Positions 1-13,287 of a stretch of DNA of 64,000 nt are shown here, piece by piece (position 1 is the first letter of the stretch; each line of letters opens with the position of its first letter). The notes beneath the pieces were generated by a model. That model ran no database searches. It was not told the DNA's origin and saw nothing but the letters and a program-made list of their open reading frames with translations. Source of the DNA: Sphaerodactylus townsendi (taxonomy: Eukaryota); contig NC_059429.1 of the NCBI RefSeq assembly GCF_021028975.2, positions 24,676,001-24,740,000 on the forward strand. The letters run 5' to 3'. The position numbers and the translations under genes were made by a program.

Positions 1-1368
1 CATCTGGCTTCGTCATACATAACAGAATCTGATTCACAAGGCATGATGGAGACATCCAGCACCAGTTGCTAGTCCCTCAGTAGAATACTAACCTCTTAAA
101 ATATTGTGGACTAGGAATGGAGAGATCCAGGGTCAGATCTCTACACTGCCATAGAAGCTTACTGGGTGACTTTGGGCCTGTCATACACTCTCAATATAAT
201 CTACCTCACAGACAGGGGCATAGCTTACCAAAACAGCTGGGGGACTAAGCCTGAGCACTGTGTCCCTCCAGCTGTGCCCTGTGGGGTATAGCCAGCCACA
301 TGGAGCTTGAGTGTGGGGCCAGCCACCCTGATCTCCACATGGGCCCTTTCCCCACTCACTGTTTGCTGCGCGCTACTCTCGCCGAGTAGCGCGGGGTCCG
401 ACTGCACTCCCCGCTACAGGGGCGGCTACAACGCAGCCGCCCCAACTCTGCTGCTCTTGTGCCCCCTCAGCGCGGGTCATTCTGGCGCTGCTCAAAACTG
501 CGCCTTTTGATGACCCCGCGCCCTGCGTGGGGAAGCCCGGGGAACACGAGCCTCGCGCTAAAAAGCTCCTGGACCAGACGAACTGGACATCATTTTAAAA
601 GTGGGGAAACAGCCATGGAGTTTACAGTGACTCCGCCCGTTTGATGTTGGCCTTAGCTGGACCCAAGCCTCACTAAGGCCAGCAGCAAACTGAGCACTGG
701 GGACTGGTCGGCTCTAGCTTTATACCATTGCCAAGTCAACAGTGTAAAGCTAGAGCCGATCAGTCCCTGATGCTCTGTTTGTTGCTGGTCTCAGCAAGGC
801 TTGGGGTCATCTTTAAACTGTGGGCTTCCAGCCTGCAGTTTCAAGCTGGACCCAAGTGAGCTGAGGCCGGCAATAAACAGGCCACGCCACTCCGAACTCC
901 ATGTGGAGATTGGTGGAGCAAGTTGGCTGACACTGAACTTGAACTCCACATGAAGTTTGGAATAGGGCCAGCTTCATTGGCCGCTTAACGGCACCCTTGC
1001 CCTGAATGCCTTGGGGCCAGGTGTAGTTTCAAAGTGTTCATGCAGCAATTCGCCCCACGGGAAGTGGTGCCCAGGGCTCTAGCCCCCTCACCAAGCCAGA
1101 GCATAAATAAATGGGTATCAACTATCGTGTCAGTGAACCTGTATTCTATGAACTAATCTTATCCTTTCAAAAAAGTCAGCTACTATTTCATGACAGTAGG
1201 GTTTACGCAAGAGGCCACCCTGGTAGATCACACCTAAGGAAAAGCAGCCAACTCTTCTGGCAAGATGCGTTCTAAACCACCAGTCCCAAAGAAAGCAAGC
1301 TAAAGGAAATCAAAGTCTTGTTCCACTAGCCCTGGGCTAGTCTCTTAGGGCTAGTCTACAGGTGCATC

Positions 1369-1560
1369 CAGTGGTGGGATCCAAAAATTTTAATAACAGG
1401 TTCTGATGGTGGTGGAATTCAAACAGTGGCGCCGCCGCACACACGCACCTCCAGTCCCTATTGGGCAGGGAGGTTGCTTTAGTAACCCCTTCTCGGCACT
1501 CAGAAAAAATTAGTAACCACTTCGAGAGAAGTATTGAGAACTGTTTGGATCCCACCTCTG
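1369..1560. mobile_element. hAT-type non-autonomous element (MITE)
   Basis: TIRs cagtggtgggatccaaa / tttggatcccacctctg. 8-bp TSD ggtgcatc. Confidence 0.8.
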
Positions 1561-1595
1561 GGTGCATCAGAGTTACACTGTACAATGAGCTAGAC

Positions 1596-1769
1596 CAGGG
1601 GTCTGCAACCTGCGGCTCTCTAGATGTTCATGGACTACAAATCCCATCAGCCCCTGCCAGCAGGGCCAATTGGGCCAATTGGGCTCATTTGGCCAATTGG
1701 CCATGCTGACAGGGACTGATGGGAATTGTAGTTCATGAACATCTGGAGAGCCGCAGGTTGCAGACCCTG
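1596..1769. mobile_element. Palindromic hAT-type MITE
   Basis: Near-perfect fold-back around ggccaattggcc. 8-bp TSD agctagac. Confidence 0.85.
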
Positions 1770-2256
1770 AGCTAGACCACTTCAAACTATAGGTGGTGAC
1801 AGCCACATTTTTAAAGCTCCTCCAGGTAAAAACTTCCTGCAAATTCATAATTAGCACACCAGGGATAATGGTTCCAACTAGGGCTGCTGACCTTCAGGTG
1901 GGGCCTGGAGATCTGGAATCAAAGTTGATGTCACCTGGAGAAAATGGCTGTTTTGGAAGGTTGACTCCATGGCATCATACCCTGATGAAGCCCTTTCCTT
2001 CCCTAAACTCTGCCCTCCACAGACTCACTCACAAATCTCCAGGAATGTCCCAGCCCCACTGTTGGCAACTCTCGCTCCAGCCTAGCCCTTCACATGTTCT
2101 AGTTTTATGCATCCAGATATTGTGAAAAATGTGATTATTCCCCTGAAGTTTTAAGTAGTCCAGCATTTTACTATCTCAGCTTTTTGCTACCTTTTTGCTA
2201 CCAAGGAAATGTCTAAACCAGACCGGAGTTTCTGGGAGTGAGCCATAACTATAGAT

Positions 2257-2645
2257 CAGTGGTGGCGAACCTATGGAACGGGTGCCAGAGGAGGCACTCA
2301 GAGCCCTTTCTGTGGGCACGCGTGCACAGAGTCCGTCATGTGGAGGGGAGGAAAATCACCCCCCCACACACACACACATCTAGGCTGGTCTGGGTGCAAT
2401 CGTTTACCTGGGAGTAAGCTCGATTGCTGGCAATGGGACTTGCTTCCGAGTAAACCCTCTTAGGGTCGTGATTCACCCATTCGAAGTGTTGCACGGTTGC
2501 TTCACCAAGCTTACTCCCGAGTAACGCGTTTCTAAACTAAAACCTCAATATTCAGATTAAATTGCCGTATTGGCACTTTGCGATAAATATGTGGGTTTTG
2601 GGTTGCAATTTGGGCACTCGGTCTCGAAAAGGTTCGCCATCACTG
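2257..2645. mobile_element. hAT-type non-autonomous element
   Basis: TIRs cagtggtggcgaacct / aggttcgccatcactg. 8-bp TSD ctatagat. A related copy in the opposite orientation lies at 45824-46275. Confidence 0.85.
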
Positions 2646-3696
2646 CTATAGATGGAGGGCAGCAGGATTTTAATATTAAAACAGCCTGGAAGCAAGAGCA
2701 CTGTACTGTGCTGGAAGCACTGGAGGATCCACTTGCCTCAGACCTGAACCACAGCAGCAATTATTATGGGACAACCTCCCCAGGCCCCTCTCTTTTGATC
2801 TTCAGAGGCAATTGAAGACCATTTTATTTACATCTGCATTTCACTAATTTAGTTTTATTTACTGGCAATCCTGACTGAAAATGTTAAACGGTGGTCTTTT
2901 ATGTGTTTTTTAAAAATAATTGTTTTATTTATATTGTAAGCCTCCCCGAGTTCTGCAAGGTGGAAAGGCAGCTAATAAATGTAAACAAAGTTAGCATCCC
3001 AGTGGCTGTGGCTCAGCCTGCCAGAGATGCTACCTTCAAGGTGGGACCTGGGAATCTTCCAGAATTAGAACTAATCTCCAGAAATTTCCCAACCTGGAGC
3101 TAGTTTCCACTCCCTGCTGGTGACCAGGGGAGACCTTGCAACCACTAGCCCCACCCCCATCCTGTAACGTTCCCAGTAAGCTAAAGGGCCAGTCCATTTT
3201 TTTGAGGTGTTGCTTGAAAAACTGGGTTTCCTTTCTTAGTGTGTGCCCCCTGCTTAGCAACTGTGGTGCTGCTGGTTGGAATTTTTTTCAGGACCATTTG
3301 GCGCTTGTGAAAGGGCAGCCTGGTAAAGACAACGGAGCATTTTCTTCTTCTTGGCTCCTGGGAAGCATGGATGAGAATGAGGAGGAAGCTAGAGAGGGAG
3401 GGGAATCCAGATAACATTTACATAGCAGGATTAGCAGTGACAAAAAAACCCTCATGAGAGTGCAACTAGACGTGACAGCTTCCCTTGGTCTGACCAGGGG
3501 ACACGGCTGCCTTTTAAAAGTCTAACACGGCTCATTAAAAAATGCTGCAAGGGCCAGCTGCATGGCAGGACCAATGCTCTTGTGCCTTTTCAAATTCTGA
3601 AATTAGGGCGGGAGGAGCTAGGAGGAAGGGTTTGGCTAACGCAGGGTGAAACACAGCCAGAAGAGACACCAACAGGAAGTGACCGTAGCTTTCTAC

Positions 3697-6138
3697 CTGT
3701 ATCTGCAGCTTCTATACTGGAAGGAAGGCTGGATGAAGGATTTTCTGGGAAAAGGTGGGATGCCGGAACCTCTGTTAGTTCTGATTTCACCTCTTGGTAG
3801 TCCAGACTCTCTATATCCCACTTAGACACTGTGGCAAGGGCAGGAGAGGGGTGAGGAGAGAAATAAACATATGACAAGTTGGAAGCAATAGCAATCATTA
3901 AAATTATACAAGAGTTCCAAGCACTTTGCATACATTTTCTCAGTAATCCTTAAAGCAACCCTGCAATGTGTGTCAGTGTTATTATTCCCACAGTACCTGT
4001 CTTCACTCCCCCTCCGCATATGAAAGCAGCCCAGAATGGGTTACTTCCCCCTCCTTCCTCAGTGTTGCATCCCTGATCTATACTTCTACCCAAGTTTTTT
4101 TTTCATACACATCATAATATGTTACATTTGGCTCCAACAAAGGCCCCTTCCACACACGCAAAATAATGCATTTTCAAACCACTTTCACAACTGTTTGCAA
4201 ATGGATTTTGCCATTCTGCACAGCTTCAAAGAGCATTGAAAGCAGTTTGAAGGTGCATTATTCTGCATGTGTAGAATGAGCCAAAGAAGCAAGAAGATGG
4301 AAAATAAGCCAGTAGTTTTCTGGACCCTGGTTCCAAAGCCAAAACTTAGCCAAGTCAGTGTGTTGTCCCCCCTAGGCAACCAACTCATTTTCTTAAAACG
4401 TAAAATATGGTTCTGTCTGAGAATCTATTGGTTTGCAGAAGCAATTTGTGCTAATGAGAAGAGGTGTTTCTAAGCTAGAAGGTTATTTTCCAGCTTTGCA
4501 ACTGGTGCAACCTAAAAGTGATGATGCTCTCGTTCTGCTACCCAGGAATCCCATTCCAAAAATATTCCCCGCACAGACATGAGATCGCAGTGCTGGTATT
4601 CCATCACCCCCTATTTCTGCTGATGGGGTGAGGAAATTAACAGCTTTTTAAAAAGGCCTTCCTGGAGCCAGTTGGTCTGTGTGAAGCAAACTTGGAATAC
4701 TTCTCTATGAAACATTGAGCCCCCTTCGAAAAGGCAACTGTGTGCATTCTGAAGGCCAGGGGGCGGGGAGGGGTGGGTAATGCTGCTTCATGGGGCCAGT
4801 CTTTGCAGAAAAGCACAATTATTTAGCAGAGACCACAGGCTGACTTTTCTCTTCCACTGGACTGCCTCTGTTCCATTCATGAGGGGGAATCTTCAGTGAC
4901 ATTTATAGTATCTGGCAGGCTGAATGAATTAATAGCAGAAAGGGAGGGAAGCGGAGAGAAAAAGGGGTAGATGCCTGGGATAGCATGGAAAAGTTTTCTC
5001 CAATCTGTTTGATTTTTCTACAGTTGGTAAATGTCATCTGCCCACCATGACGATTGATTGAATCCAGGACCAGCCCAGGAGGCTAAGCACCACAAAAGTG
5101 TAAGTGCAATTAAGAAATGAACTGAAAATACAACAAACAATTCATAACGCCATTAAGGAATTCAGAGAGGGGAACATGTGAAGGCTGCACAGTTTAGCGT
5201 TGTCCCATTTCAAAAAGCCTGTTCTGTAGCTATGAAAAAAGTTACAAAATGATTAAATTACAGGGGATTGAAACACCTTGGAAGAAGTGTGCTTGTTTTT
5301 TAAGATCTTTTCCAACTCATTGAGCTAGCACCTCTCTTCATAAGGAAGTTCTATCCATCTATTTCTAATTTAAAAAAAAAACTTCTTTAGAATCTTGCTT
5401 TTTGTTTACATAATCTTACACTCATGGGCCATAATCCTCTTGGCTGAGTTATGAAGGTATAGAATGCACTAACAGCTCCCAACCACAGAACCATTCTTGC
5501 CTCCAAACAGAATGCAGAACCCCTTCCAGGGTTTAGTCTAGATGATACCGGACACACAGCCTACCTTCTTGAGAACCTTGCAGGGAATCTCTGCTGGGTC
5601 CCTCTCTGGTCTCAGCACACTGCCTTGTTCTTAGCTGAGCCACTTCCTGGATGCTGTTCTCTAACCTCCTTACCAGCTCATTCTTCTCGTCCTCCAGTTG
5701 CCTTTTAGCCTCTTCTAAACCAGATTTGTCTTGGAGGAGGTTGCTGATTGTAGACTCCAGCTTGCTGACTTGGGTGTCCCTCTGGGCTTGTTCCCGCTTC
5801 AGGCTATCCACCTCTCTTCGAAGCAATCCCATCACAGAAAGAGAGGAGCCCCTGGCCACCTGGCTTCCATGCAGCTGGTCCACCCGATTCTCCAGAAGGC
5901 TGAGCCTTGCTCTGGCGGACTCCAGTTCCACTCGCTGGGCATTGCTCTCCCGCTGGAGAGCCTGGATGGCTGTCACTGTTTCATCCAGGCTAGGACAGCT
6001 GGCTTCATTTGCACTAGGGACTGAGAAGGAATAGATGCACCTGCCATCCTGGTTATTTGCCTTGTGGAGGTGGACGGTGCTGCCAAGTGCTTCCCACACC
6101 ACCCAGACTGAGAGCAAGCAAGTCAGCAGCGCTTCCAT
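3697..6138 (-). CDS. MYOC: Myocilin, partial: exon 1 CDS 6138-5565 and exon 2 3828-3697; exon 3 (olfactomedin domain) lies outside the window
   Basis: Exon 1 encodes a signal peptide (MEALLTCLLSVWVVWEALG), the motif ANNQDGRCIYSFSVPSANEASCP and a long coiled coil/leucine zipper. It ends GAA G|gtagg (574 nt, phase 1). Exon 2 (cag|..G|gtaga, 132 nt) encodes VSKWDIESLDYQEVKSELTEVPAS. The MYOC-VAMP4-METTL13 order matches known synteny. Confidence 0.95.
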
Positions 6139-9100
6139 GGCTTCAGCGCTACCTTTTGAAACCTGCTCAAAAGTAGAGGCTGGCCTCGGAAGCGCAGCAT
6201 GCAAGTGACACTCCTCACACAGCTCTCTGTGAAACTGAGCTCCCACAGAACTTGTTTTCATATGTCTGCGAGTTGAGGGAGGGGTTAGGAGGGGGTCGCT
6301 GTGCCAGCAACAGCAGCACAGAATAACAGGAATCTTTCTGACCTTTTAAAAGGGGATTATGTTTTGTCTGAAAAGATGAACAGCGGTGCCCATGTTCATT
6401 CCTGCAATCTTTTTCTTTTAACACATACCAAATACATAGAGCTATGTAGAGATAGCCACCTGGCTGCAGGATGATTTCCATGTATGCTAAAATGTGTGAA
6501 TAATTGTGCAATTTGGAACGTGAGTAAGTCAACGTGAGTAAGTCAACGTGAGTAATTCTGCCTAGGATCGCACTGTACATTGGAGGGTAGGGGTAGAATT
6601 CCGCTGGTCCGGCTTGCTTGCAGTTTCTTTGTCTAGAAATATATGTGTGATTCTGCATGCTGAATATGTAACCTCTGGAAGCTTCCAAAATATATATTAT
6701 TCTTACTCCAGAATAGCAGCAACATGGATCTATACAAAATCAGTGTACATGTATCTCAAAGCCACTTCCTTTATAATGTCAAAATTAATAAATGGAATAC
6801 CCTGTAATCTAATGGAAATTCAGTCAAGAAATAGCCAGGGGGAAATTCTAACCATTACTTACAAACAAAAAGATGCTGGCTAACACTGGAGTTCCAGTGT
6901 CCAAAATCTGGTTTCCAACCATGGCCAGGTACTTGTGTCAAGGACAGAATGCAAAGGTATCCTAAAAGTGTATTCTTAAATAACAGATTTCAATGGGTTT
7001 ATACTGGAGACTCTGCATAGGATTACACTGTTAAGTAAAGTTCCATTTATAGTTCCATCTTGTGCATTTGCCCGCCCTGTCTCCATTTCCCTTCCTCCCC
7101 CTCAGCACATAAATAACAGGAAGTGGAGAGAGACTAGCACTAGGCTTGAGATTTATTAACTGTCAGCCATTTTTGTTTGGTTTGAATTCATATATACCAT
7201 AGTTGTACTAGACAATTTATATTGTAGTTTTATTGTGACTCTTGGATATTGTATTAAATTTTAATTTACATTTGTAAGCTGCCCTGAGGAGACTTCAGCC
7301 TGGAATTGGGTGGGCTATAAGTATAACAACATAAATAAAGGTAAAAGTTGTCCCCCATGCAGGTACGGATCATTACTAACCATGTCACATCACAATGTTA
7401 ACTAGGCAGACTTTGTTAGACTCTGTTGATGTCACCTGTATCGAGAAACATTACATGACAGTGGTGATATTTTACCAGTTTAGATGCACAGAATACCACT
7501 CAGTTAACTGTGTTGTAATTGGTCCTTAGAAACATACAAAAAAGTGCCAACCAGCCTATTGGGGATTTGAGACTTGCTCAAATTCAGTTGAAAGAGGACT
7601 GTTTTTAACAGATTTTCTGCTTGGTCTCATGTAATTCCCACCATTATTGCAGTACTTGTCCGGAATGGCTTTTCTGAACTAAGATCCCATAATCCCCAGA
7701 ATAATCTTTTCTGTGGTCAAAAGGAATCCTCCTTGTTTTGTCCGTGGAAGATAGTATCCAGCCTATTACTACTGACCTACCTTACAGTGCTGAGGAAATA
7801 AATAAGTTATGGAACAAAATAAGTTATGTGAACCATACCCAACATACAGTTAACTTGTGGAACTCCCTGCTAAAGGATATAATGACCACCAGAGGGCTTT
7901 AAAAAGGGAATAGACAGATTACAGAAGAATAAACCCATTAGTGGTGGTTAGCAATGTTGGCTTAAATGTGACATCCATCTTAGTTAATGCCTGTTACTCC
8001 ACGGCACCACCAGGGAAGGCTTTAGAAATTCTGTGCCTTGCCTTGTTGGGGATTCTAAGCAGCCATTGTGGAAAACATGGTGCAGGATTAGATGAATTGT
8101 TAAATCAGACTCAGAATGGCTCTTCTTGGCCCCTTCCACACATGCAGAATAATGCACTTTCAATCCACTTTCACAGTTGTTTGCTAGTGGATTTTACTAT
8201 TTCGCACAGTAAAATTCAGCTGTAAAATACACTGAAAGTGGATTGAAAGTGGATTATTCTGCATGTGTGGAACGGGCCCTGGTGTTCTTACGCATTTCAA
8301 ACATTTGACAATGCTGATTGAATACTATATCACTCTAAGTATTGTTTCACTGTAGGTGAGGGGAAAGTGGACCAGGGAAATTAAGAGTTCAGTTTCCAGG
8401 ATAATCAGGACCCCAGGTCTGTATGTGTGCCTTGTAACTGAAATGACCACTGTAATAGCTAGAGGCTCACTTGTCCGGGTCCGTCCCCCTTGAGTGGCTT
8501 CTTCCAGTGACTGGGAGCTGATCTGGGACATGAAACACAAAGCCAGCAGGCTGCAGTGGTTAGTGTTGGACTAGGCTCTGAGAGACCCAGATTTGAATCT
8601 CCACTCTGCCACGGACGCTCAGTCACTCTCTCAAGCAAAACATACCTCGTAGGATGGTTGTTGTGAGGATCAAATGGAAGAGGGGAGAACAATGCTGTAA
8701 GGTCCCTGTTGGGGAGAACAGTGGGGAATAAATATCTAAATAAAGTATCTCTCTCTTCTAAGCATTTCTGTCTGCTGGGTATTTCACTGACAATCACAAT
8801 AGCTGAAGAGCAGGGAGGGTATGAATTTGCCTTGTAACCAAGGATGGTCAGGTTATCACCCTCTTTTATACTAAACAAGAATGTTCTGGTAGCTTCCCAA
8901 CCAAATGCATGTAATCATCTAGATAACACTCTCCATATGTAGTAGACGTGCATGACACTTCGAACAGGGGTTTTCAGAGAACTATCCACAGGAAATCCAA
9001 GTACTCATCAATCTATCGACAGACCAGCAAGGCCCCCCGGCCCGCATGAGCTGCTTCCAGAATTTGGTTGCCAAGAACAATGAAGCCGTGGGTGTTCACG

Positions 9101-11057
9101 TCTGCACCCCTCCCACACATTCTTGTGTGCCTGTCAGCCTTTGAACTGATGTCAGACTTTTTAACTGCCCATTTTTTTTATAACTGATGAAAATAAGTCT
9201 TCATAAATAAGAGTGTATGTAAAAATGACTGTCTATTTGTATAACTCTCTCTAGCTCCCCCAACCCACTCCCAAGAAGACAGGATGCTTTAGCTGCATCC
9301 ATATCAGTTCTTAACCCAGACAACATTTACTAAAGGGAAGTGAGGGGCAAGGCTAGGGGGGGAATTAAAGCCCAGTAGTAAAATTCATGCCTATTGAATG
9401 CTGCCAGTCCCAGGATAGGTAGCTTATTTCACCTATGAGGCGGCCCAGTTTAAAGGAAACATCATGGAAGGGAAAATGCAAGTGGTTGATTTTGTCCAAC
9501 TCAGCCGGCACCATGATTAATCAAGCTTCACATTGAGAGGTAAAAACTGGTAGAGTAGGAAGTGCTGACAATGGCAATGATCAAGATAGCAGAGCACTTT
9601 TATACTGAAAAAGGGTTTGAGGCTTTACAGAAAGGAAACGATGACCAAGAGCCGTTTATACTAGGTAATCGGTATTGCAAGCCGACTGATGGTCTTAAAA
9701 GGGAATCAAATAAATGCACAGAAGATGCCAAACTAGTTAAATTAGTTCAGATCATTAACAAGGGCACACACAACAGTGCTTAACAGAAAGTCCCTCAGCA
9801 ACTCTAATGTCCATCCCCCCCATCTGAATAGTGGGGGGGGGGGAAGTAGCACCATTTAGCCACTGGCTAACACAGGTGGCCGCCTCTGAAGTTTCCTCAA
9901 CTTGTCAAGATGAATGAAACTGAGCAATGCTGCTCTTAGCTGATCAAAGAGACATCTACTATGTTTTGGAGAAATAGTAACATTTTACTGTAGCGGTGAA
10001 GAACTGGCAGGACTTGCGCATGGATGCAGAGACGGAAGGAAGACTCTGAAATCACCACCCACGTACACACACCCCGGATAGAAAGACATCCAGCTGCTCA
10101 AAGATAGAACATTCTCTCCAGCAGAAACCAAAATACTTCCACATGTGAAAAGAGAAGGAAATGCTGAAAGAGAGACACGGGGTGGCAAAAGGCCAGGGAT
10201 GAAAAAATTGATGAAATCACCACCAGCCTTGAGGTAGCAGTAGGTAGCAAGGGCCAATATAAGACACAACATATAGAGACGGCCAACAGCAGAATGTTGA
10301 GGATCCAGGCCGTCAAGGAGCAAGAGAGACCCAAAGGAATCAGAGAAATTAGGAGAGTTAGAAGCTGAGAGAAATGTGGAAACAAATCAGGACAGACTGG
10401 GTGTTTGAAGGCATCCAAAACAAAAGACAGCAAAGTATGATGTACATGGAAAAGTTTGAGATAGCTGGGGAAAGTTTTCTAGAAATTCTGACAAGAACCA
10501 TTCCCCGAGAGATGTTTTTGAAAACGAGACGAAAAACCTGAAGTACACCCTTGTTTGAGGAGAAATGAAGGTGAGACTGAATGGCAGGCTGGAAGAAGAG
10601 TTAGGGCAGTGGTTTACTTTTAAGGGAGGGGGTATACTGCAGCATGCTTGAGAGATTAAATGGGGGAGGGAGGCAAATTGGTCTAAGTTTTTCAGCCTCA
10701 CATGTTTTGTCAACAAAAACAAATATGTTGTTCTTATTCTAGTTCAAAGTTATGAGGGAAAAGGAAAAATTGCAGAATGTAGTATTATGTCAGGACAGAC
10801 AGCGTTGCATAGTGGTTAAGAGCGGCAGGCTCAAACCTGGAGAATTGGATTCAATTCCTTATTTATCCATATAAAGTCTTCTGGGTGACCTTGGACCAGT
10901 CACAGTTCTCTAGGAACTCTCTCAGCCCCCAAGGAGGCAGACAATGGCAAACCATCTCCAAACCTCTCTTGCCTTGAAAACACTTTGAGGTCACCATACA
11001 TCAGATGTGACTTAACAGCATTTTCCCCCACCACATATTTCTAAATGGGAGGGAAGG

Positions 11058-11220
11058 CAGCATGGTATTAGATCTTGGAAGCGAAGCAGGGTCAGTATTT
11101 GGAAGGGATAACACCACGGAAGACTCTGCAGAGGAAGGCAATGGCAAACCACCTTACTTGCCTTGAAAGCCTCTTGCTGGGGTTCCCACTAGTTAACTGT
11201 GACATGACGGCATACACACA
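11058..11220 (+). mobile_element. 5S rRNA-derived SINE fragment with RTE/Sauria-like tail
   Basis: gatcttggaagcgaagcagggtc..agtatttggaaggga matches the 5S internal promoter region and is followed by gaggaaggcaatggcaaaccacc. Confidence 0.55.
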
Positions 11221-11908
11221 AAGAGTGTATTACTTCAAATAGTAGCAAGCTGACTGTTACCACACAGCCTTGGTAAGATTAAGGTATTATCCTGGTATCG
11301 TGTTTCCACCAACTCCAGCACGGTCCAGCAGTCATCTTGGTTCCACAAAATAAATATCGAAGACTTGCATAAACTCCCCAGTTGCTGGTGTAAGTGGATC
11401 TTTAGAGTTATACAAAGTTCTTCAGGTTCCAATTTCTGCCCTCTATAGTACAAACGACGCAATGTCCAGATAGTAGATATTTTCCATTGCTGCTCCATTA
11501 AACTCTCCCCTTCCAGAAAAGGCCACCGAAATATGAAGACCAATGTTAAGATACTCAGAACTGCCACTGCTTTTGCTAGCCAGAGCAAAAACAGATAGTA
11601 AGGTTTAAGTACTTTTGATGCTTCAATCTAATTTTTGGCTTACACCAACATGCAACTTTCTGGCTTTCTCCCTTCCACAGGAGCCTGAAATATCTCCCCA
11701 GATCCACCATATCCAGGAACAAGATGTTGGAGGGGGGAGAGAGCATTGTTCTTTATGAGAACAAACCCCTCCAACCCTCAGGGATTTAAATCTAAGGGAT
11801 TTAATATATGAACTTTAGGTATATTTTAACATATTGCTTTTTTTTAAAAAACCCACAAGAAACCAACACGCTGGCACTGTTTATGAGAAGCTTCAGAAGA
11901 CTCCTGTA

Positions 11909-12085
11909 GTTGGGAGTGTTATGGGGTTTCTCGGCTGTATGGCTGTGTTCCAGGAGCATTTTCTCCTGACGTTTCGCCTGCATCTGTGGCCGGCATCTTC
12001 AGAGGAGAAAATGCTACTGGAACACAGCCATACAGCCCGGAAACCCCACAACACCCCGGTGATTCTGGCCATGAAAGCCTTCGAC
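11909..12085. mobile_element. Penelope-like element terminal fragment arranged as an inverted repeat; hammerhead core on the minus strand
   Basis: Arms ~11915-11967 and 12003-12057 are inverted. Tail gtgattctggccatgaaagccttcgac. TSD actcctgta at 11900-11908 and 12086-12094. Confidence 0.8.
11964..12006 (-). ncRNA. Minimal type I hammerhead ribozyme motif
   Basis: The minus strand reads tcct-CTGAAGA-t-gccggccacagatgcaggc-GAAA-c-GTC-agga. The core is conserved, stem II is GCC/GGC, stem III is the palindromic ACGU, and stem I is tcct/agga, extended by the inverted repeat. Confidence 0.75.
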
Positions 12086-13287
12086 ACTCCTGTAATTCAC
12101 CCCAAGCCCTATCCCCCAAAAGATGGGAAATCAGTAGCAGCAAGCAGAACACGGAGTCCAAGGGGCATTAAGCAAGGCATCAGTGAGACTCATCAGATGT
12201 GGGTTTCGCAGCTGAGAAGTGGACCCCTTTCTACTGAATAAGAAATTCAGACTAATGACAGTGCAGTTAGTACAGTGATATGTGATTTTCTGACAATAAT
12301 TCCATCTCAGTGGGTTCCTCTGTCACTTAAGAGTTAAAGGTGTGTGTGTGGGGGGGAGGAGAGGTTAATTCTGGAAACGATGAAGACCATGAAACTAGTA
12401 GACTGAGCTGTTATTTTTAACAATGGGAGCCTTGTATACTCCACACGCCATATGTCCAGTGTAAACGTGTGCAGCCGGTGCACGTGCATTTAAAATCCAG
12501 CAGTGCATTGACTTTTTGCCTCTTCATGATCTGGCAGCAAAAAACTCCAATACCATTCCGGCTTCGCTGGCACAGGCCAAAAGCTGCCACTTCGTCAGCT
12601 AACAGCTGGCACATCTTGGACTGTCATCATTCAAACAAGAACTGCTCCAATCATGGATCAGGAATAATACACTTACAGTCAAAAATAGGTTTTTACTGGA
12701 ATGCTTTTCAGGTCACATTCATAAGCAGTAATACCAAGAACATGGATCTTTTGTACCCCGTATAAGTACAGAAAATCTGCTTGCAAAATCAAGTTGGTTT
12801 TAAAACATACATGTGAGAAAAATGTGACATCCTGGCAGTCATTCCACTGAACAGTTAGGTTTTCTTAGAACAGTGATACTGATATTATATTCTTCATCCC
12901 ACCCCCGACTTTTCCACCACTGAACTCTGCCAGCAGTGATAGGACATTGTTTTAAATTATAAATAACATCATTAGCAGGTAGCAATATATACAATGTAAA
13001 AAAAAGAGAGAGAAATACACCAGCAAATGTCTGGTTCCAAACAGGGTTTCCTTCAACAGGCGGATGGTGAGGTTTTAGATTCAAAGTTGACACGAACATG
13101 AACTTTTGGCTGGAAAAAAAGAGGTTGATTTGTCAGGTCCTCCGAATACCCTCCTCAGAGAGTGTCACCTGCCTTCAAGGAAAGAAACATTTCAAAGCTA
13201 TATACATGTTACGTTCCACTGAAAGCACGCAGCGGCTTGCTTGGCTGTCATTCCAAAGCCACGTCCACAGCAAACTCCATCAGCAAG

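Noticed and set aside
1-3696. MYOC exon 3 (olfactomedin domain)
   Set aside because: No CGELVWVGEP-like exon was found on the minus strand; it must lie left of the window.
5651-6034. Plus-strand ORFs of 127 and 97 aa
   Set aside because: Antisense shadows of MYOC exon 1.
6139-6261. 41-aa N-terminal extension of MYOC in the ORF track
   Set aside because: The signal peptide and Kozak context start at 6138, so the extension is probably 5' UTR or promoter.
9985-10722. Overlapping hydrophobic minus-strand ORFs of 111-112 aa
   Set aside because: Explained by the purine-rich plus strand; no recognisable domain or coherent splice structure.
11058-11120. Possible 5S rRNA gene
   Set aside because: Partial, internally deleted and fused to a retroposon tail; a SINE head, not a functional rRNA.
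11235-11588. 117-aa minus-strand ORF with a signal-peptide-like start
   Set aside because: Non-ATG start and no recognisable homology.
11834-12241. Recurrent peptide MPATDAGETSGENAARTRPYSPETTQHP (also at 32291 and 58651)
   Set aside because: Translation of the non-coding Penelope terminal repeat, not a gene family.
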